Virus record (IMG/VR): IMGVR_UViG_3300037400_002919
Span: 4,424 to 68,423 of that record
DNA: 64,000 nt
Source: a virus
Lineage: Duplodnaviria; Caudoviricetes
Direction: 5' to 3' (one strand)
Part shown: positions 19,725 to 29,665 of the stretch, in pieces
How positions within the stretch are numbered: position 1 is the first letter of the stretch
Layout of the letters: the number at the start of each line of letters is the position of its first letter
Position numbers and translations under genes: made by a program
The notes under the pieces: generated by a model
Database searches by the model: none
The model's input: the letters and a program-made list of their open reading frames with translations, nothing else
What the model was told of the DNA's origin: nothing

Positions 19725-20519
19725 TTGGCGTATATACCAGTCAACATGGAGAGTGCGAAAAATAGCGGAAGCACCTTCTTTGTTGAATTATATGTTTTGG
19801 ATTTAAAAACAGGTGTTTCTTACATAGCTGCTTGCGACCAAGATATTTATTTTAACGATATTTTGTTTGTGGCAGTACCTTTTTCGAGAGGTGATATAGC
19901 AAGAAGTATCGACAGCGTTGTAAATGAGTGCGAAGTCAAGCTCGGAGATATAAACGATGATAGGCTTGCTATGATAATGAACGGAATAGATTTCAGAGGG
20001 TGCGGCTGTACTATTTATCGAATTGTTTATCCTGATAGTCTGTCAGATAGTTCAATGTGCCAGTGTGTATTTAATGGTTATATTGACTCTCCTAGTTACT
20101 CAGAGGGCGTTTTAACTTGTGTTGTGAAAGATTATTTCCCTAGCCTGAATGCTCCTGTTAGAAGTTATCGTTTGCCTTGTAATTCTGTGTTTGGAGACGA
20201 GACTTGTGGAGTAAGCAGGGATAGGAGAAATGAAACTATTCAAGAGGTAAATGGGAATACATTGGTTTTAACTGGAGTTTATCCTGATAATTATTGGAAA
20301 AACGGTACTATAAATGTAAACGGAGAGACTAGAATTATAACTTCTTCCTCGGCTAACATGGTTAGAGTTCATATTACTTTTGTTCAGACAGGAATTACAG
20401 GGGTTTCTGCAACGATAGAAAGAGGTTGTGACAAGACTCAGACTAACTGTGCTATTTACGGAAATCTTCATCGTTACTCTGGATTCCCAGCCATTCCATT
20501 TGAGAGTATGTACAGATAG
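19725..20519 (+). CDS. Tail tip protein, gpL / BR0599-like (Fe-S Cys motif)
   Basis: PCNSVFGDETCG ... GCDKT..NC ... RYSGFPAIP; SD GAGGAGG favours the TTG at 19725 over the track start at 19707. Confidence 0.75.
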   Translation: MAYIPVNMESAKNSGSTFFVELYVLDLKTGVSYIAACDQDIYFNDILFVAVPFSRGDIARSIDSVVNECEVKLGDINDDRLAMIMNGIDFRGCGCTIYRIVYPDSLSDSSMCQCVFNGYIDSPSYSEGVLTCVVKDYFPSLNAPVRSYRLPCNSVFGDETCGVSRDRRNETIQEVNGNTLVLTGVYPDNYWKNGTINVNGETRIITSSSANMVRVHITFVQTGITGVSATIERGCDKTQTNCAIYGNLHRYSGFPAIPFESMYR

Positions 20520-20528
20520 GAGTGTTGT

Positions 20529-23486
20529 ATGAAGAAAAAATATTCTTTTAAAAGCAAAAAAAGAAATCTTTTAAAAAACAATGCTTTTGATATAAATTTG
20601 TTTAGCGGAAAAGCTGACGAACAGTATTCCGAGAACAGAGAGCTTTTGTTTCAGGCAAGAAACGTAATGACTACTGAAAGATATAGCAGAGTTTTGAATA
20701 GGGACACAATGTCTTTTAATTTCGACTTGCAGTTGTTCGGTGGCGATGCTGGTAAAATTTTATTCTGCATAGCTGGCTTTTTCTTGGGTGGCGGTTTCTG
20801 GACTGTCTTAGGAGCTGGCTGTTGGCTCGGTGGAGCTATGATGGGTCTTGCTCTCTTTTCCTCTATTTGGGGAGCGTTGCACAGAGACGACCCTAAATCT
20901 TCTTCTCCATCTTCTGTTACTCGATTTGACCGTTCACAAGAAGGAATGAGTTCTGAGAACCCTATTCAGATTGTTTACGGAGAACGCATGATAGTTGGCA
21001 ATCAGACTTATCATCAGACTAATGCTGATGCTAATACCCTTCATAAGCACGTAGCGTTGTGTGAGTCAGATATTTTTAGATTAGAGTCTCTTACGGCAAA
21101 CGGTTTGGCAGTACCTACCGCTAGTCCTGTCCAGACCTTTGATACCTACCCTTTCCCTGTCATGAAAAAAGACGGTAGCGTTGAATACCTAAAAGCAGTC
21201 TCTTATGAATCGAATAAGCCTATTAGTGGGAATATAGAGAAGATAGAAAGAAATAACACTAATGATATTTTTATTATTTCAAATCGAAAGTATACTTCCG
21301 ACCAGTGGAATGTTTATAGGGAGGACAAAAGGCTTACATTATACTCCCCTGAAAAGACAGTCGCAATTGATTTAAAGAATGTAGACGATATGAAAAATGG
21401 TGAAACCTACTGGGAGTGGCAATGCTCCGTGGCGGGACTTATCGCCTATATAAACAGATTGGGATGTGGATGGGAAGCATATCCTTGTGCTACGACTAAA
21501 GATTATCCTGCTGATTTGGGCTTTAGTAGGGAAGGAGACAATGTTTATGCGACCTCGGACTATGTGAAAGGCGGCTCTCACTACACATTTAACCAGAATG
21601 TCACCCCTCCTAATTACAAAGAGGTCGGCGGTTATCCTAATCTCGCTTGGATTGATGCTGTGTTTAAGGTTGACGATACTTTTAGCGGAAACCCAAATGT
21701 CGAATGTCTTGTAAAAGGAAGAATCATTTATGATACTCGATATGGTATTCACTGTTATTCTACAAACCCTGCTATGTGCCTGAGAGACTTTCTTTTAAAC
21801 AAGCGATTTGGCGGGGGCTATTGGATAACCCCTGAACTGCTAGACGAAGATAGCTTTAAGGAATCTGCTGATTATTGTGATGAAATAATTACTTTCAGGA
21901 AAAATGATGGCAGCGTTATCAGGGAAAAGAGATTTGAACTGAATATTGTAATAGATACAGAAAAATCCTTGTGGGATTGGGTCGAAGATATTCTTGCCAC
22001 CTTCTGTGGATTTATGGTTATGTCGAAAGGCAAGCTAGCGTTACGAATCGAGAAAAAGGATAACATAGTCTATAAGTTTGATGATACCAATATTTCAGAT
22101 TTAAGTGTTTCTCAAATGAGTATTGACGATTGTCCAAATCGCTATAACATAACTTGTATTCTGCCTGAGAACAACTGGAAAAGTGCTAAGGTTACAGTAG
22201 AGGATTTCGCAGACCAATTCGAGAGAAATAAAACAGTAATCAAAGAAGTTAACTTAGAAGGTGTCACTTCTCAGAGTCAGGCTCTCAGATTAGGGAGATT
22301 TTATAGAGACTACAATAGGCTCTGTGCAATAATGATTTCCTTTAAGACAGGGCATCAGGCGGCACATTTAGAACCAGGAGATGTAATCACCCTTACTTAT
22401 CGCAAAGCTCTTGTGAATATGCCTATTCGCATCACAGAGATAAAAGAAGATGAAAAGGGCGAGTACAGTATTACTGGCAGACAGTACAATGAAACCATTT
22501 ATAATGATAGTCTTGGTGCTAATTTAATTGCATTTAATTATTGCCAGCAACAGATAATTTATGGTGATTTGACTCCTCCTAGTAACGTAAATGTTTCTCA
22601 GCAATATTATTTAGACAGAGAAGGAAATTCTCATAGCGTTGTTATTATTTCATGGGATGGCAAGTCTCAGTTTGGAAGGTCAAAAACTTATAATGTTTAC
22701 AGACGTTCAGACTCTAGTGTAGAATGGGAATTTTTAATAAATACACCTGAATGTAGGCTTACGACAACAGAAAGCATCGGAGCTTATGTACAGTACGCTG
22801 TTTGTGCTGTGGTTGGAGAAAAGGTTTCTGATTTTGCCATTAGCAAGCATATAACAATAGAGGGAAAAGACGAACCTCCTAACCCTGTTAGTAATTTGAG
22901 ATGCGAAGTCAGCGGAGAAAAAATTGTTTTAACATGGATTCCCCCTAATGACCCTGACGTAAAGAGGTTTAGGGTTACGGCTAATGGGCAGACTGTTTAC
23001 ACGACAATATCAGAATATTCTTTTACAGCGATTAACGGAGAAAATATTGTACGAGTTGAAGTTGAAGATTATGGTGGAAATATTTCTGTCCCCGTTGAAA
23101 ACGTAATTTCTGCTTCTCTTGTCCCTTCTCCTGTTTTTGACCTGAAAGAAGCTGTTATAAGCGGAGCTGTTTTCTTAACATGGGGAAAGCCTAAAAACGC
23201 TACTTCTTTTGTTGTTGCAACTGACAAAGAAGTGGAGACTACGGCAAATAGCTTGACTATTCCTGTTTCCGAATCGGGTAGTTTCTCTGTAACTGTCTAC
23301 GCAAAAAATAAATATGGACTCAGCGATGGCAAGAGAGTAACTGTTGTTGTGACTCTTAATGATTTAGATGTTGACCCTGACATGAATACAATAGAGTTGC
23401 TGGAGGAAGGAACTTGTCTGTTAAATTGCCATATTGAGGAAGGGACTCTTTATTTTACAAATCGAAAGGAGAATATCTATGAATAA
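20529..23486 (+). CDS. Central tail fibre / host-specificity protein (gpJ-like) with FN3 repeats
   Basis: PIQIVYGERMIVGN, STNPAMCLRDFL, RFELNIVID, HLEPGDVI motifs; C-terminal FN3-like repeats (PPSNV, PPNPVSNL, PSPVFDL). Confidence 0.85.
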   Translation: MKKKYSFKSKKRNLLKNNAFDINLFSGKADEQYSENRELLFQARNVMTTERYSRVLNRDTMSFNFDLQLFGGDAGKILFCIAGFFLGGGFWTVLGAGCWLGGAMMGLALFSSIWGALHRDDPKSSSPSSVTRFDRSQEGMSSENPIQIVYGERMIVGNQTYHQTNADANTLHKHVALCESDIFRLESLTANGLAVPTASPVQTFDTYPFPVMKKDGSVEYLKAVSYESNKPISGNIEKIERNNTNDIFIISNRKYTSDQWNVYREDKRLTLYSPEKTVAIDLKNVDDMKNGETYWEWQCSVAGLIAYINRLGCGWEAYPCATTKDYPADLGFSREGDNVYATSDYVKGGSHYTFNQNVTPPNYKEVGGYPNLAWIDAVFKVDDTFSGNPNVECLVKGRIIYDTRYGIHCYSTNPAMCLRDFLLNKRFGGGYWITPELLDEDSFKESADYCDEIITFRKNDGSVIREKRFELNIVIDTEKSLWDWVEDILATFCGFMVMSKGKLALRIEKKDNIVYKFDDTNISDLSVSQMSIDDCPNRYNITCILPENNWKSAKVTVEDFADQFERNKTVIKEVNLEGVTSQSQALRLGRFYRDYNRLCAIMISFKTGHQAAHLEPGDVITLTYRKALVNMPIRITEIKEDEKGEYSITGRQYNETIYNDSLGANLIAFNYCQQQIIYGDLTPPSNVNVSQQYYLDREGNSHSVVIISWDGKSQFGRSKTYNVYRRSDSSVEWEFLINTPECRLTTTESIGAYVQYAVCAVVGEKVSDFAISKHITIEGKDEPPNPVSNLRCEVSGEKIVLTWIPPNDPDVKRFRVTANGQTVYTTISEYSFTAINGENIVRVEVEDYGGNISVPVENVISASLVPSPVFDLKEAVISGAVFLTWGKPKNATSFVVATDKEVETTANSLTIPVSESGSFSVTVYAKNKYGLSDGKRVTVVVTLNDLDVDPDMNTIELLEEGTCLLNCHIEEGTLYFTNRKENIYE

Positions 23487-23898
23487 GTTTATTAATATTT
23501 ACAAAGGCGAGGTTACTTTAGGAGGTCAGGACGGAACTGTACTTTCTAATGGAGATAATTCTGCTCCTATTACCGTTACTCTTAATGCAAGGCGGTTAGA
23601 CCACGAGTGTGTTCTTTTAGCTGTTAGAGCCGAGAGCGGGTATATCGGCTATGATGTCGAGATTTCTTTTACAGGTCAGACGGCATCCAAGTGGAGCGTG
23701 GCAAAGGACGATGGCTATGATAAAGAGACGGTGAACAGTAGTGCATCATGGAGCGAGTCTGTTATTTTTGATACAGTCGGCTCTACGAACTCTTTGTTCT
23801 GGGTGAAGGCTATTTCAACGGCAGAAGAACTTCCTCTTGATGATAGAACTGTAAAGATAAACTTAAAGGCAACTGTCGGCAGCGAGACCGCCGAATGA
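23479..23898 (+). CDS. Tail-associated hypothetical protein
   Basis: SD AAAGGAG favours ATG 23479; beta-rich. Confidence 0.6.
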   Translation: MNKFINIYKGEVTLGGQDGTVLSNGDNSAPITVTLNARRLDHECVLLAVRAESGYIGYDVEISFTGQTASKWSVAKDDGYDKETVNSSASWSESVIFDTVGSTNSLFWVKAISTAEELPLDDRTVKINLKATVGSETAE

Positions 23899-24725
23899 GG
23901 TACTTCAATACCCATTACAATACCTTTGATGAAGGTACTTGTTTAACTAATGGTTATTACTTAACTAAAGGCTCATTAATTAAATATCTTTCTGAACTAA
24001 AAGGGAACAAGTTATACATTCTCTACGAATTTCGCAGAAACGCCTTACAAAACATAGAAGATGTTATGTCAGTCTTTAGAAGGATAGAAGTAGTTGTTGA
24101 CAAGAAAAAGGAAATTATAGACACCAAATGCTTCTCGAACCGCAGTATCGGGACTCCTAGTATTCTTTTAAAGGATAAAGATGATGTAACAGAGGTAAGT
24201 TGCGGAACTAGGACTACTCAGTGGCATAGAGTGCTGAATATCTACGATTTTGAAAAAGGGACTGTAAGCCTTTATTTAAACGGAAGATTAAGAGGTACTG
24301 GTAAGAATGCCTTGACGGAGATTCCTACTTATGTAGAGTTTAGACTTCCTTATGTCAACGAAGGTGACAGTATTTCTATTCGTAACATTGTTATTTCTGA
24401 TGAAGAAATTAAGCCTAACCAGTATTTAAGAGAAGCCCCTTTAGAAGTAATACAAAAAGGCTATGAAACCTATAAGTCAGTAAAATTTACAAACGCAAGC
24501 TCTCAGAGTTTTTATAACATAAATCCCAATAATTTCCCAAAATATGAAAAACCTGTCGAAATGCAAGTGGTTTTAGAGGACGTTGTTTGTAACAAGGGAT
24601 TGAAGAACGTAGAAATATCCACCGACATTGTTAAAGAATATGATGCTTTAAAAGATGTTAAAAGTGGAAATATTATCAGTGACTCTTTTCCGTATTCTGA
24701 CTCTATAACTGTAAAAATTAAATAA
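23895..24725 (+). CDS. Tail/receptor-binding module paralog 1
   Basis: Shares an M.Y.N start and an IRNIVISDEEI motif with the next two ORFs. Confidence 0.55.
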   Translation: MRYFNTHYNTFDEGTCLTNGYYLTKGSLIKYLSELKGNKLYILYEFRRNALQNIEDVMSVFRRIEVVVDKKKEIIDTKCFSNRSIGTPSILLKDKDDVTEVSCGTRTTQWHRVLNIYDFEKGTVSLYLNGRLRGTGKNALTEIPTYVEFRLPYVNEGDSISIRNIVISDEEIKPNQYLREAPLEVIQKGYETYKSVKFTNASSQSFYNINPNNFPKYEKPVEMQVVLEDVVCNKGLKNVEISTDIVKEYDALKDVKSGNIISDSFPYSDSITVKIK

Positions 24726-24736
24726 GGAGAAGAATT

Positions 24737-25489
24737 ATGATTTACTTAAATCAGTGTGAAAATTCCTTTGATATAGGTAGTTTTTCTTTTACAGACGGCT
24801 ATCTCACAGATGGCAGTTCAGTTCAAAAAGTTTTAGGCAGTCCCAGCGGCTCAAAGTATTATATTTCTTACGAAGTAATGTTTTTAAAAGGCAGTAAGAA
24901 ACTGTATTTCTTTAAGGCGTTATCTACTTCGGGTACTTGCTTTTCAAATTATACACAGTATCAATCTACGATTACTCTTGAAACAAAATCAAACGACACA
25001 GTACGCTCTAAGAGTACAGACGGTCTTGTATGGTATAAGGTTTATGAAGTTTTTGATTTTGAGGAAGGGTATGTTGAAATGTATATAGACGGAGAGTTTT
25101 TCGCAAGGACAACTTCTGTAAGACTAGAACCTTTATCTTCTATCGAATTAAACTTAAATGGAGTTGCTATTCGTAATCTTATTGTTTCTGATAAGGAGTT
25201 TCCGAGGAAAGCAGAGCTTATTTCTTTGCCGATAGAAATTAATTCAGAGTGGGAGGAAAAAGGAGATTACTATTTCACAGAAGATGCGGATAAAAAAATC
25301 ACCGTAAATGCTAAAGTTTCAGACGATTATACTATATTTGGAAGTTCAGTTATAGTGACAGGAATAAAATCTGGGTTTATTAACAGTCTTGATATTGACG
25401 GAAAGAAATACGATGTGGAAGACAAGAACACTTTGTCTGTTCCTGTTGAAGATTTATCTCACATTGAATTGAAAGGAGCTTTAGATTGA
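24737..25489 (+). CDS. Tail/receptor-binding module paralog 2
   Basis: IRNLIVSDKEF motif. Confidence 0.55.
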   Translation: MIYLNQCENSFDIGSFSFTDGYLTDGSSVQKVLGSPSGSKYYISYEVMFLKGSKKLYFFKALSTSGTCFSNYTQYQSTITLETKSNDTVRSKSTDGLVWYKVYEVFDFEEGYVEMYIDGEFFARTTSVRLEPLSSIELNLNGVAIRNLIVSDKEFPRKAELISLPIEINSEWEEKGDYYFTEDADKKITVNAKVSDDYTIFGSSVIVTGIKSGFINSLDIDGKKYDVEDKNTLSVPVEDLSHIELKGALD

Positions 25490-26319
25490 AATACATAAAT
25501 ACTAAATATCTGCTTTTTGATAGAATTTGCGGAAGGTTAGATTCGACCCCAGAAGGAATATCCTCTTTAGTAGATAATCACGATAGTAACAATTATGGCT
25601 ACGTAGAATTGAACACAGCCAAAAAAAAGATGTATTTTGCCTTGCAAAGCAGATATGATGGGACAGACAGTTATGTAAAAGGAAACGTCCTTTCTATAAA
25701 TCTTTCTGCTAGTAAAGTTAGCTTTTTACTTTCCCCTTCCGAACAGCTTATTTACGTTAAGCTGGGTGACAAAACTCTCGCTTCTTTTGTTTACTCTCCT
25801 TCCGCTTTTTTTACAAAGTTTTATTCAGAAATAGACACAGAGAACGGAAAGATTGTAGTAGGTATTAGTAATTTAAAAAAAGAATTTGACTCTCCGTCTA
25901 TTATCGGTGAAAATTTTCTTTCCGCTTGTATTGGAGCTAAATACTATACTTCTTCCAAAAAGTCTGTCGTGAAAGATATTATTATCTCAGACGAACCTAT
26001 AAAAATGAATGAAACTATTAAGGAAATACCTATCTCGGTAGCTTCTTCTGATTGGAATAAAGACGGTGATTCCTATTTGACTGATTCTTCTGGAAAGAAA
26101 ATCACATTCTCTGCCGACACAAGTGACTTAGAAGCCTTTAATGTTAGGTCAGCATCTTTGTTTTTCGAGTCCTCTCAGAGTTCAGAAAATATTAATGAAA
26201 TAAAGACAAATATTGGAGGAATAGAGGGCAACCTCATTTTATCTGATGAAGGTGGGTTGTCTAATTCAAATTGCGTAATTAACCCTGATTTGAGTAAGGG
26301 AATATCCGTAGAGTCATAA
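25486..26319 (+). CDS. Tail/receptor-binding module paralog 3
   Basis: VKDIIISDEPI motif. Confidence 0.55.
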   Translation: MKYINTKYLLFDRICGRLDSTPEGISSLVDNHDSNNYGYVELNTAKKKMYFALQSRYDGTDSYVKGNVLSINLSASKVSFLLSPSEQLIYVKLGDKTLASFVYSPSAFFTKFYSEIDTENGKIVVGISNLKKEFDSPSIIGENFLSACIGAKYYTSSKKSVVKDIIISDEPIKMNETIKEIPISVASSDWNKDGDSYLTDSSGKKITFSADTSDLEAFNVRSASLFFESSQSSENINEIKTNIGGIEGNLILSDEGGLSNSNCVINPDLSKGISVES

Positions 26320-26329
26320 AGGAGGAAAT

Positions 26330-27325
26330 ATGGCAGATTTAAAAAATCCTAAACTGCTGGTTTCTGTAACTCCAAAAGATATTGCAGTAAAAAATCCTAA
26401 ACTGCTGGTAACAACTACCCCTTGCAATACAACTGTTGCTAATCCTGTCTTTCTCGTTTCGGGCGATTATCCTTTAACTATTTCTAAGGATATTAAGGTT
26501 TTTGCTTTAGCTTGTAAAGCTGGAATTTATATCAAAGACATAAAGGTACTTGCTGCTGTTTCTAGTGAAAATAACATAAGAGAAGTCTTAGAATTTTATA
26601 ATACTCGCAGAAAAGTTTCGGTAGATGTAGGCGAAGAATTTGACACTCAAAGAGATATTCTTGCTTTGCTTAATGTTGAAGATAATTTTGACACAAGCAG
26701 ACGAGTATTGCAGGAGGTTAGCTTCTCTATCCCTACTAGACGTAGATTATTACCTCCAGACAGGGCTGAACAAACGTATTCTTATAATACTTACCGAAAA
26801 GTCACTAAAGATATAGAAGTCAGCTTTGATACATACAGATATGACTCTAGTTTTGACGAAAGTTTTTCTTTTGATACACAAAGAAATGTCATTCTTCCTT
26901 ACGGCATATTCCAGTGCAAGCAGATTGATTTAGGGTTTGAGCAGAATGTTATTTTAGGAGTCTCAATAGACGGTGACGGCTACGCCTTGATAAAGGATGT
27001 TGATGGAGAATACAGAGAATTTACTATGAAAGAAATCACGACTCAGATTATTGACGTAATAATTCATGTAAACGACTCTATTAGAAGTGCCAAATTATAT
27101 ATTATCCATCCTGTAAAGTCAAAAGTTGTAAAAGCAAAAGTATCACAAGGCGGTTCTACAATAAGCTACGGCATGGTTTTCAGGCATCCCCCAGCCATTT
27201 TCCCATCTCTTAGCCCTTACGAAATAAAGCTCATTGAGCAGACTAACACTGACGTTACCTTACAGCTTTTTAAAGACGGAGAACCAGTAGAGGGAGATAT
27301 TACTTTCGAGGTGAAGGGCAGATAA
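26330..27325 (+). CDS. Tail-associated protein with internal repeats
   Basis: KNPKLLV repeat and about six F(D/N)TxR repeats; SD AAGGAGG. Confidence 0.55.
   Translation: MADLKNPKLLVSVTPKDIAVKNPKLLVTTTPCNTTVANPVFLVSGDYPLTISKDIKVFALACKAGIYIKDIKVLAAVSSENNIREVLEFYNTRRKVSVDVGEEFDTQRDILALLNVEDNFDTSRRVLQEVSFSIPTRRRLLPPDRAEQTYSYNTYRKVTKDIEVSFDTYRYDSSFDESFSFDTQRNVILPYGIFQCKQIDLGFEQNVILGVSIDGDGYALIKDVDGEYREFTMKEITTQIIDVIIHVNDSIRSAKLYIIHPVKSKVVKAKVSQGGSTISYGMVFRHPPAIFPSLSPYEIKLIEQTNTDVTLQLFKDGEPVEGDITFEVKGR
26341..26409 (+). repeat. 21-bp exact direct repeat (48-bp period)
   Basis: AAAAAATCCTAAACTGCTGGT at 26341 and 26389. Confidence 0.9.
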
Positions 27326-27498
27326 TGCTTACAATGGCGAGGTACTTGTCCAAAAAGTTGCAGAATGGACAGATAAAATGGAAGAATGTTATACACTCAA
27401 AAGTATTCTCTCGATACGCAACTTTAATAGCTAAAGACTTAAAAGGAAACGGCTATGTAATAAAGAATGACGAAATAAGAAGGGAGGTGAAAGATTGA
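27325..27498 (+). CDS. Small hypothetical protein (57 aa)
   Basis: ATG overlaps the previous TAA; TGA overlaps the next TTG. Confidence 0.55.
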   Translation: MLTMARYLSKKLQNGQIKWKNVIHSKVFSRYATLIAKDLKGNGYVIKNDEIRREVKD

Positions 27499-28013
27499 CC
27501 TTTGAACAAGCATGGATGGTTTTCATCGGTGCTATAATTACAGGTGCGGTAGGAGCGATATTTTCATTTGCCAAGGAAGTCAGAATCAAGCACGAGCAGG
27601 AACAGAAACAGAAAGACGAAACTATTCGTATTCTTTTAGAGCGTGAGGAAAAAGCACAGGAATGGAGAAAAAAGACAGAAGAACGAATGGCTGACCTGAT
27701 GGCTGATTACAAAAAACTTTTTAAGCATATCGAAAATATCACGGAAGCAGACAAAGCGATTCTCAGAGACAGAATAGTTCAGAGTTGTAGGGTTTTTTTA
27801 GAGCGTGGCTCTATTACTCTAGCGGCAAGGGATAATATCAGGAGTATGTATAAATGGTATAGTCTCATGGGTGGTAACGGCATTGGAGAGTATTACTATA
27901 CTCAGGCGATGAAGTTAGAAGTAGACAAGGCTGTTCCTAACATACCTTATGTGAACATCGACTATCACGAAATGGAGGAATTTTTGGAAGAACATGGAAA
28001 GAAAACTGATTAA
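27495..28013 (+). CDS. Membrane-anchored lysis-module protein (holin/antiholin-like)
   Basis: Single N-terminal TM helix plus coiled coil; C-terminal Y..MGGNG motif; first gene of the lysis block. Confidence 0.5.
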   Translation: MTFEQAWMVFIGAIITGAVGAIFSFAKEVRIKHEQEQKQKDETIRILLEREEKAQEWRKKTEERMADLMADYKKLFKHIENITEADKAILRDRIVQSCRVFLERGSITLAARDNIRSMYKWYSLMGGNGIGEYYYTQAMKLEVDKAVPNIPYVNIDYHEMEEFLEEHGKKTD

Positions 28014-28296
28014 GATTTTTGGGTGGATAAAAGAGAACCAGATAGGACTTCTTTTGTCTGCTATGATGCTTTTCCTTGTAGTCGTTCTTTGCTGCTGGTT
28101 ATATGCTTTTTGGAGCAACGGTTTGTACGGGACTAAGTTTGACTTAGGGAGCTGCTGGCAGGGCTTAACTGTTGTGGCTACTGGTCTTGTTACCGTGGCT
28201 GGTTTCGCTTCGAAGGACTATGTAAAGCATTGGATTGACAGTAAATACAATTCTAAAGAAGGAGAATCCCCAAGTGCAGATTGTTTCAAGCCTTGA
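27994..28296 (+). CDS. Holin
   Basis: 100 aa, two hydrophobic segments, charged tail, upstream of the endolysins. Confidence 0.6.
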   Translation: MERKLIKIFGWIKENQIGLLLSAMMLFLVVVLCCWLYAFWSNGLYGTKFDLGSCWQGLTVVATGLVTVAGFASKDYVKHWIDSKYNSKEGESPSADCFKP

Positions 28297-28492
28297 TTGT
28301 AGGCACGAAGTTCTTAGAGTAGGGGACAAGGTTGTGTTTATTGACCCAAATTGGGAAAAATACAATGCAAGATTACAGGTTGGTGAGGTTGTGACTGACG
28401 AGGGGAAAAATCTCCTTGTCAAGTCCCCTTACCACAAGCCGTTCCCTATCAATTCCCATAAGGTTTGTAAGTTAGAGGAGGTGAAAGAATGA
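28235..28492 (+). CDS. Hypothetical protein
   Basis: ORF coupled (ATGA) to the endolysin; start uncertain. Confidence 0.45.
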   Translation: MTVNTILKKENPQVQIVSSLDCRHEVLRVGDKVVFIDPNWEKYNARLQVGEVVTDEGKNLLVKSPYHKPFPINSHKVCKLEEVKE

Positions 28493-29064
28493 TTCTTGGT
28501 ATTGATGTGTCTGAAAACAATGGTTATGTAGATTGGGATGCGGTCAAAGAAGCTGGCGTAAAGTTTGCAATCATCAGATGCAGCTACGGTATGCAGAGCC
28601 GTGACCCTATGTTTGCTCGAAACGTAAGTGAAGCTCATGCACGAGGTATTAAGTGCGGTGCGTATCATTACGGCTACGGTTTAAATCCAGACGAAGCTAG
28701 GGCAGAAGCAATTAACTGCAAAAATGCTATTGCAGAAGCAGGAGTTCTTCTCGAATTGCCTGTTTTCTACGACTTGGAGGATGCAGACGGCTTTAAGGTT
28801 CGTTACGGTTTTGAGTTTACTCAGGAGAACTGTACTGAAATGTGCAGAACTTTTCTTAAAAATCTCGGCTTAAATGGCGGTGTTTATGCAAGCTACTCTT
28901 GGTTCTGCGACAAGATTGATTGGCAGTCTCTAAATTGCCCTGTTTGGAACGCACAGTGGGGTAACAGCGATGATTTAAAGGGTTATATCTGGCAGTTTAC
29001 AGATTCCTTAGAAATCGGTGGAAGAATTTTTGACGGTAACTATATGTACTTGGAGGAGATTTAA
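28489..29064 (+). CDS. Endolysin, GH25 muramidase
   Basis: GIDVSENNG.VDW, GAYHY, PVFYDLED, IWQFT, FDGN motifs. Confidence 0.92.
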   Translation: MILGIDVSENNGYVDWDAVKEAGVKFAIIRCSYGMQSRDPMFARNVSEAHARGIKCGAYHYGYGLNPDEARAEAINCKNAIAEAGVLLELPVFYDLEDADGFKVRYGFEFTQENCTEMCRTFLKNLGLNGGVYASYSWFCDKIDWQSLNCPVWNAQWGNSDDLKGYIWQFTDSLEIGGRIFDGNYMYLEEI

Positions 29065-29651
29065 TGGACATTATTAATTTAAACGAGCTTCGAGACGAAG
29101 TGGCTCTTGCTAAAGAGAGTTTAGAGCTTGCGGCAGAGCGTTGCGACAGGAACGTAAAGGTCTATCTCCATTGGTCTGCTGGGCATTACGGTCAGTTTTA
29201 TGACGATTATCACATCAACATAGACAAAGATGGAACTATGTATATGAGTCACCCTCTTGACGTAACATTGGCTCACACATGGAAGCGTAATACTGGTTCT
29301 ATTGGCTTATCTATGGCTTGCTGTGCCTTTGCTACGTCAGGCGACTTAGGAGACGAACCGCCTACTACCGCCCAGATTGAAACAATGGCTCAGGCTATTG
29401 CAGTTATTTGCAGGGGTTTAGATATTCCTATCACTAAGGATTTCGTACTGACCCACGGAGAAGCCGCAGATAACGAGGACAACATCTATCCGCACGAGCC
29501 TTATGGCTGCAAGAATGGCTGTGAGCGTTGGGATTTGGAGTATCTTGGTACTGACGAGTCCCCTGAGTTTAACCCTTGGGCTACTGACGGCTCTCGTGGT
29601 GGAGATGTACTTCGTGGAAAAGCGAATTGGTATCTTAACAGATTAATTTAA
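29064..29651 (+). CDS. Endolysin, Amidase_2-type N-acetylmuramoyl-L-alanine amidase
   Basis: YLHWSAG, YHINID.DG, LAHTWKRNTGSIG, VLTHGE zinc-ligand pattern. Confidence 0.8.
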   Translation: MDIINLNELRDEVALAKESLELAAERCDRNVKVYLHWSAGHYGQFYDDYHINIDKDGTMYMSHPLDVTLAHTWKRNTGSIGLSMACCAFATSGDLGDEPPTTAQIETMAQAIAVICRGLDIPITKDFVLTHGEAADNEDNIYPHEPYGCKNGCERWDLEYLGTDESPEFNPWATDGSRGGDVLRGKANWYLNRLI

Positions 29652-29665
29652 AAGGAGAATTTACT

